Source: Shigella phage SSG23
Sequence record: PQ351811
Length of the DNA: 64,000 nucleotides
Direction: 5' to 3' (one strand)
The notes beneath the pieces are model-generated. The model searched no databases. It was not told the origin of the DNA and saw only the letters and a program-made list of their open reading frames with translations. Position numbers and translations under genes: made by a program. Shown here one piece after another: positions 59,844 through 64,000 of the stretch. Numbering within the stretch: position 1 is the first letter of the stretch; each line of letters starts with the position of its first letter.

Positions 59844-59872
59844 TTGACGGGGATCGCGAGATCCCCTATACT
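59844..59872 (+). promoter_or_regulatory. early promoter cassette P16 with palindromic spacer
   Basis: GCTTGACG, spacer GGGGATCGCGAGATCCCC, TATACT, then CACACATCAAGACGAGATAC and GGAGAATCAAATATG. Confidence 0.6.
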
Positions 59873-59914
59873 ACACACATCAAGACGAGATACAACTTTA
59901 CAGGAGAATCAAAT

Positions 59915-60067
59915 ATGTGGACTTTACTGATTTGGGAAACTGAAAACGCACAAGTAGAAATCCGTGAATACGAATACCTAAGCCCAGCTTATCTATTGGC
60001 ATCTCGCGGCGGTTACTATAAAGCGCAGATTGTAAACGAGTTCGGGGTAATTGAATATGAGTTCTGA
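59915..60067 (+). CDS. small hypothetical protein (50 aa)
   Basis: ORF 59840-60067 trimmed to ATG after promoter leader. Confidence 0.4.
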   Translation: MWTLLIWETENAQVEIREYEYLSPAYLLASRGGYYKAQIVNEFGVIEYEF

Positions 60068-60560
60068 TACATACGGCAAACTACGCTATGCCGATATTAA
60101 AGATTGTGATATGGTTAATGGTGAGGGAGTGAGAGTCTCCCTTTACGTTACCGGATGTTCACACGCATGTGATGGTTGCTTTAATTCCAGTATACTCAAT
60201 CCTAAGAACGGGGAACCATTCACCGATGATACAATGGGATTGATTCTGGATCTGCTTAGACCTGATTTTATTCAGGGGCTAACATTCTTAGGTGGAGATC
60301 CACTGTATAAACGCAATTTAAAGGGTGTACAGCGGATCATCGATGAAGTAAAATCATGGATGCCAAATAAAGATATTTGGCTATGGTCCGGTTATACCCT
60401 TGACCAATTGAATGATGAGCAAAGAAAAATTGTAGAATCGGTTGACATGTTCATCGATGGGCGTTATATTAAAGATATGCCAACGAAGAAGCCGTGGCGG
60501 GGGTCTGACAATCAAGTACAATACAAGATTGTTAATAGTATTCCCGTGAAAATTATTTGA
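60057..60560 (+). CDS. nrdG: anaerobic ribonucleotide reductase activating protein NrdG (radical SAM)
   Basis: DCDMVNGEGVRVSLYVTGCSHACDGCFN: CxxxCxxC radical-SAM cluster motif. Confidence 0.85.
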   Translation: MSSDTYGKLRYADIKDCDMVNGEGVRVSLYVTGCSHACDGCFNSSILNPKNGEPFTDDTMGLILDLLRPDFIQGLTFLGGDPLYKRNLKGVQRIIDEVKSWMPNKDIWLWSGYTLDQLNDEQRKIVESVDMFIDGRYIKDMPTKKPWRGSDNQVQYKIVNSIPVKII

Positions 60561-60570
60561 GGTGATTATT

Positions 60571-61098
60571 ATGGAATGGGAAGTTGGTAAAACTTACAAG
60601 ATTGAATGCGAAGCGTCGAAAGCCGAACTGACTAAATTTTCGTCGTCTATTAACAGATGTATTGTTGACTTGTTGGCTGGTCGCCCGTTTAGGGTAGAAG
60701 ACCTTGACGATGATGGTGATGTTAGAGAAATTACTATTATTGGTAGTAATTTCGACTCTATGACGTTAAAAGAATCCCCTATTGGTTGTTCTGGTGTGTG
60801 GTTTTGGTCGGGTGAGCGTCGTTTCTTTACCGAAGTTACTATTGAACCTAAGATTCCAGAATCGGAAGAAAAAGAAGAAGACCTAACTTTAGAACGTCTG
60901 GGTCTGCTTATGGAAGCCTACGACATTCAGTTGATCGATAAGACAGGATTGCACAATAGCATTGCTAAAATCACTACCCTAGAAGGTATTAAGAGCGTAC
61001 TGGATGGTATGCCTAGCCGGATCGGTGCTATCCGCGAATACAAGCAAACGCGCGACCGTATGATCCAATTAGAATCACGTATCAAAAATGAGAGATGA
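60571..61098 (+). CDS. hypothetical protein, paralog family B member 1
   Basis: Starts MEWEVGKTYKIE...; shares W-E-x-G-K-T-Y and RPF motifs with the next three ORFs. Confidence 0.5.
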   Translation: MEWEVGKTYKIECEASKAELTKFSSSINRCIVDLLAGRPFRVEDLDDDGDVREITIIGSNFDSMTLKESPIGCSGVWFWSGERRFFTEVTIEPKIPESEEKEEDLTLERLGLLMEAYDIQLIDKTGLHNSIAKITTLEGIKSVLDGMPSRIGAIREYKQTRDRMIQLESRIKNER

Positions 61099-61102
61099 TA
61101 AT

Positions 61103-61588
61103 ATGAAATGGGAAGAAGGTAAGACCTATAAGTTGGGTGGAGAATACGAAAAGAGTATTTTGCGTGATTGTTGGCGTTACGAACGAAGACCTAATATTGA
61201 TGGTATGTTTACATATCTCGATAAACCATTTATTGTTGCTACGGTAGACCGTTGGGGTAATGTACGTTCAATCTATAATCACGAAGGGGATTATATTAGT
61301 TCTATCGATGTTGGTGATAATATATGGTTTTCCGATGGCGACCGAGCGTGCTTCAAAGAAGTTTTATTGCCTGGTCATGAGCATGATCTAATTGATCTTC
61401 TCAAATTGGCGATGGATAATTATAAAATTCGCTTTGAATGCAAATCACATGCGGCTATCGGTGCTAATGCATTGCGTCATATCTCCAGTTTTGAAGAGTT
61501 GAAAGATTTTCTTGACAAAATGCCGGAAAGAGTGCAAGCTATACAGGAAGCAGAGAAAGCATTAAACGAACTTGATAAAATCGGTTAA
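61103..61588 (+). CDS. hypothetical protein, paralog family B member 2
   Basis: Starts MKWEEGKTYKLGG... Confidence 0.5.
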   Translation: MKWEEGKTYKLGGEYEKSILRDCWRYERRPNIDGMFTYLDKPFIVATVDRWGNVRSIYNHEGDYISSIDVGDNIWFSDGDRACFKEVLLPGHEHDLIDLLKLAMDNYKIRFECKSHAAIGANALRHISSFEELKDFLDKMPERVQAIQEAEKALNELDKIG

Positions 61589-61600
61589 GGGGAATATATT

Positions 61601-62425
61601 ATGAAATGGGAAATTGGTAAAACTTACACTTGGAAAGATGAAAAAGCTAAAACTGAGTTTATTACTAACGGTGAAGGTGTTCTTTCTCCACTTAACAGCG
61701 ATATTAGTGCAGCTATTGGTGACAAGCCATTTACCATCATCGAGATCGAGGGTAATGGTTGGATTGATGTAATAGAACTCGATGGGGTTGAGCATACGGC
61801 GAAAACTGCTACAGGAAAAGACATTTGGACTGCAACATATTTCTTTAGTCCATTCGATAGAAAATTCTTTCGTGAAGTTGAAGAAGTTCCCCAGAAATGG
61901 GAGGTTGGTAAAACTTATACTTGGAAAGATGCGAATGCTATGACCGACTTCTGTCATTATGCTGAAAACGTATCTAATCTTAATTATGTTATTGCACGAG
62001 CAATAAATTATAGACCTTTTACTGTTAAAAATGTTCGTCCATGTGGGCAAATTGATGTAATTGAAATTGATGGTAAAGACCATACTCTAATGAGTGCAAC
62101 CGAAGATAGCGACCATAAAGGAACTAGCTGGTTTATTGATTCTGATAGAAAATTCTTTCAAGAAGTAGAAGAATTGGAAGTTATAACCACTGATTCTAAG
62201 ATCGTTGGGCAATTGAAGCGTCTGTTTAGTAGTCGTTATGGCCTAACAATGGTTAAATTTGGCGAAGCAAATGAAGGTAAAACCTTTGAACGTTTCGATG
62301 ATTTCATCACAGCACTTGACAAGATGGACGAAATCATGCAAGATCGACAGAAGATTAAAGACCTTCAAGAAGACATTAACCGTCGTGAAGTTGAATTTTT
62401 GATTGGTAAAGAGCGAGGATGGTAA
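61601..62425 (+). CDS. hypothetical protein, paralog family B member 3 (two tandem domains)
   Basis: Two copies of the domain: MKWEIGKTYTWKD...FFREVEE and KWEVGKTYTWKD...FFQEVEE. Confidence 0.55.
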   Translation: MKWEIGKTYTWKDEKAKTEFITNGEGVLSPLNSDISAAIGDKPFTIIEIEGNGWIDVIELDGVEHTAKTATGKDIWTATYFFSPFDRKFFREVEEVPQKWEVGKTYTWKDANAMTDFCHYAENVSNLNYVIARAINYRPFTVKNVRPCGQIDVIEIDGKDHTLMSATEDSDHKGTSWFIDSDRKFFQEVEELEVITTDSKIVGQLKRLFSSRYGLTMVKFGEANEGKTFERFDDFITALDKMDEIMQDRQKIKDLQEDINRREVEFLIGKERGW

Positions 62426-62426
62426 T

Positions 62427-62909
62427 ATGTTTGTTGCTGGCGTGACCTATCAGTGGAAAGATAAGAAAACGAGAGAAGATTTTGCAAACTTTAGCGTTGC
62501 AAATGATGCAATAGCAGAGTTTATCGGCGACCGTCCATTTAAAGTTATTGCATTTGATCACCATGCATCGGATGTGGATTATGTTTCTGTGATTGAAATT
62601 GATGGCAAGGTGTACACCTGCTGCAATGTTGATGATGTACGGGAATACGCGCACAACTGGTTTTTGCAATCAGAAGAACGTCATTTTAAAGTGGTATCGG
62701 CAGAACTGACCACTGATGCAATGTTGGAACAATTTTTTAACAACTACGAAGTTTCTGTACGTCGATATGGTGAAGAGGAAGTATTTAAAATTGATGACTA
62801 TAATCAGTTTAAACGAGTATTCGCCACTAAGATCCAACGTGATATTGAACGCGAGAAGCGCATCAAGGAACTGGAAGAAGAACTGGAAAGATTAAAGGCT
62901 GAGAAATGA
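62427..62909 (+). CDS. hypothetical protein, paralog family B member 4
   Basis: MFVAGVTYQWKDKKTREDF...GDRPFKVIAF...VIEIDGKVYT; C-terminal coiled coil. Confidence 0.5.
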   Translation: MFVAGVTYQWKDKKTREDFANFSVANDAIAEFIGDRPFKVIAFDHHASDVDYVSVIEIDGKVYTCCNVDDVREYAHNWFLQSEERHFKVVSAELTTDAMLEQFFNNYEVSVRRYGEEEVFKIDDYNQFKRVFATKIQRDIEREKRIKELEEELERLKAEK

Positions 62910-63175
62910 TCGAGATATACGGCATACCGAAAGAGGCTTATCATTGTTATGGTTGTATTGGTGCAATGAAGCTACTGGATGATCTGGGTATTCCGTATAC
63001 ACTTAAACCAGTATTCAAGCAGGTCGGGGTTGACATTATTCCCGACCGTGATATGATTGAAGAACTGGCGGGGAGGCTGAACTCAAAGAGCCTCCGGTTT
63101 GTATACCCCCAGATATTCATTGACAACGAGCACATTGGAGGCTATAAAGAACTGAGGGCGATTTATGATTATTGA
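62906..63175 (+). CDS. glutaredoxin-like protein (NrdH-like)
   Basis: 89 aa; CYGC redox motif and YPQIFIDNEHIGGYKEL. Confidence 0.6.
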   Translation: MIEIYGIPKEAYHCYGCIGAMKLLDDLGIPYTLKPVFKQVGVDIIPDRDMIEELAGRLNSKSLRFVYPQIFIDNEHIGGYKELRAIYDY

Positions 63176-63323
63176 GAATTTAGTTTCGGTGTTCATTATT
63201 GCTTTATTTGCTATAATGGCTTTACCGTTGAATAAGTGTAAACACTGTAACGGAACAGGATTGCGTGGTGATGGGTGTTGCGCTCATTGTCATGGATCTG
63301 GTAAAGTAAGTATCATTAAGTAA
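63165..63323 (+). CDS. small membrane-anchored zinc-finger protein (52 aa)
   Basis: Short ORF below track cutoff; N-terminal hydrophobic helix, CKHCNGTG and CAHCHGSG; coordinates by eye. Confidence 0.3.
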   Translation: MIIENLVSVFIIALFAIMALPLNKCKHCNGTGLRGDGCCAHCHGSGKVSIIK

Positions 63324-63344
63324 TTCTTGAGCGAGGAATATATT

Positions 63345-63632
63345 ATGTTAGTACACAATGCAATCGCACACATGGTTTACTCTCGATTTGGACGCATGGA
63401 AGAAATCAGTATTACCGATGCAGATTTAGATCTGATGCAAGTAGAAGGTCAGACATATCTGAAAAATAACGGCGTGAATATCGGTAAAGCGCGTGTGCGT
63501 GAATTGTTGGTTGAATATATTCTCTCTGAATTTGGCATTAGTGCTTTCGGTGTGAAAGAGATTGCACCAAAGCGAGAAATCTCTGATAAGATGATCAAGA
63601 AATGCCAGAAAGCACGACGTAAGGGTTTCTAA
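63345..63632 (+). CDS. hypothetical protein
   Basis: ORF 63327-63632 trimmed to ATG after GAGGAATATATT RBS. Confidence 0.45.
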   Translation: MLVHNAIAHMVYSRFGRMEEISITDADLDLMQVEGQTYLKNNGVNIGKARVRELLVEYILSEFGISAFGVKEIAPKREISDKMIKKCQKARRKGF

Positions 63633-64000
63633 TGAAGATTGAAACATTAATCGCATTGCCAGCGGCGGGGAAAACTGATGCTATACTTTCCCACGTCCTA
63701 GAGACAAAAGAAAAAGCGGTTATTGCTTCGCCATCTCGTGTTTTAAGTGAACAATCTTACAATAAGTTTAAAAGAATGGGCGGTCGTGCTGTCTTGATTG
63801 ATAGCACAAGACTAAGAAGCCTTAAGACAGTGCAAGCGTCGATAATGCAATCAGTTAAAGACGGCGCTGATGTGATATTCATTACACACACCGCGTTATC
63901 TAATATGGAACGTTCAAAAATGTTTGGTGAATATGCTCTTTACATTGATGAAGTTCCTCAACTGGTCGAATTTAATGAATATCCGTTTAAGTCTAATCTT
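63632..64000 (+). CDS. P-loop NTPase (partial; continues beyond window end)
   Basis: MKIETLIALPAAGKTDAIL (Walker A) and ALYIDEVP (Walker B-like); start overlaps previous stop. Confidence 0.45.
   Translation, partial: MKIETLIALPAAGKTDAILSHVLETKEKAVIASPSRVLSEQSYNKFKRMGGRAVLIDSTRLRSLKTVQASIMQSVKDGADVIFITHTALSNMERSKMFGEYALYIDEVPQLVEFNEYPFKSNL

Noticed and set aside
31389-59872. Promoter-embedded GC palindromes as intrinsic terminators
   Set aside because: None is followed by a U-rich tract; sequences downstream are the A/C-rich conserved leader. Regulatory or RNA-processing roles remain possible.
30936-59915. CRISPR-like array suggested by the recurring 60-80 bp intergenic repeats
   Set aside because: Repeats are irregularly spaced (0.1-5 kb), separated by protein-coding genes, and contain -35/-10 promoter elements and ribosome-binding sites; they are promoter cassettes.

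Overview
The window is a contiguous segment of a T4-like (Straboviridae-type) myovirus genome, read from sequence and the ORF track only; no database search was run. Positions 1-27033 are a minus-strand late structural module in T4 gene order: prohead core gp68 (partial)/gp67, portal gp20, tail tube gp19, tail sheath gp18, terminase gp17/gp16, neck gp15/14/13, fibritin, short tail fiber gp12, baseplate gp11/10/9/8/7/6, PAAR tip gp5.4, and hub-lysozyme gp5/gp53. The one break in that order is a three-gene cassette with a gamma-class N6-adenine methyltransferase-like gene between gp8 and gp9, carrying its own early-type promoter and flanked by terminators. Positions 27089-64000 are a plus-strand early region. 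Recognisable genes there are gp4, gp2, gp3, dNMP kinase gp1, gp57A, the 57B/Acb1-like 2H phosphoesterase, an M15 peptidase endolysin, GrcA, a pol-beta nucleotidyltransferase, a macro-domain protein, thymidine kinase, a Dps-like protein, a gp38-like glycine-rich adhesin, Dam, NrdC, endonuclease VII, NrdD, NrdG and a second glutaredoxin. Between them lie many small hypothetical and membrane ORFs and several tandem paralog families. The early region is punctuated by at least 16 copies of a conserved promoter-leader cassette (TTGACA, 16-18 bp spacer, CATAAT/TATAAT, leader CAYCGAAACGAAACAC, then GGAGAATCAAAATG or GAGGATTATATTATG), often preceded by a rho-independent terminator. Adjusted start codons are derived from ORF-track protein offsets; promoter and terminator coordinates are by eye and may be off by a few bases. 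The strongest candidates for something new are the early-promoter methyltransferase cassette inside the baseplate operon, the macro-domain/zinc-ribbon cluster, the displaced gp38-like adhesin, the nucleotidyltransferase, and the paralog arrays.
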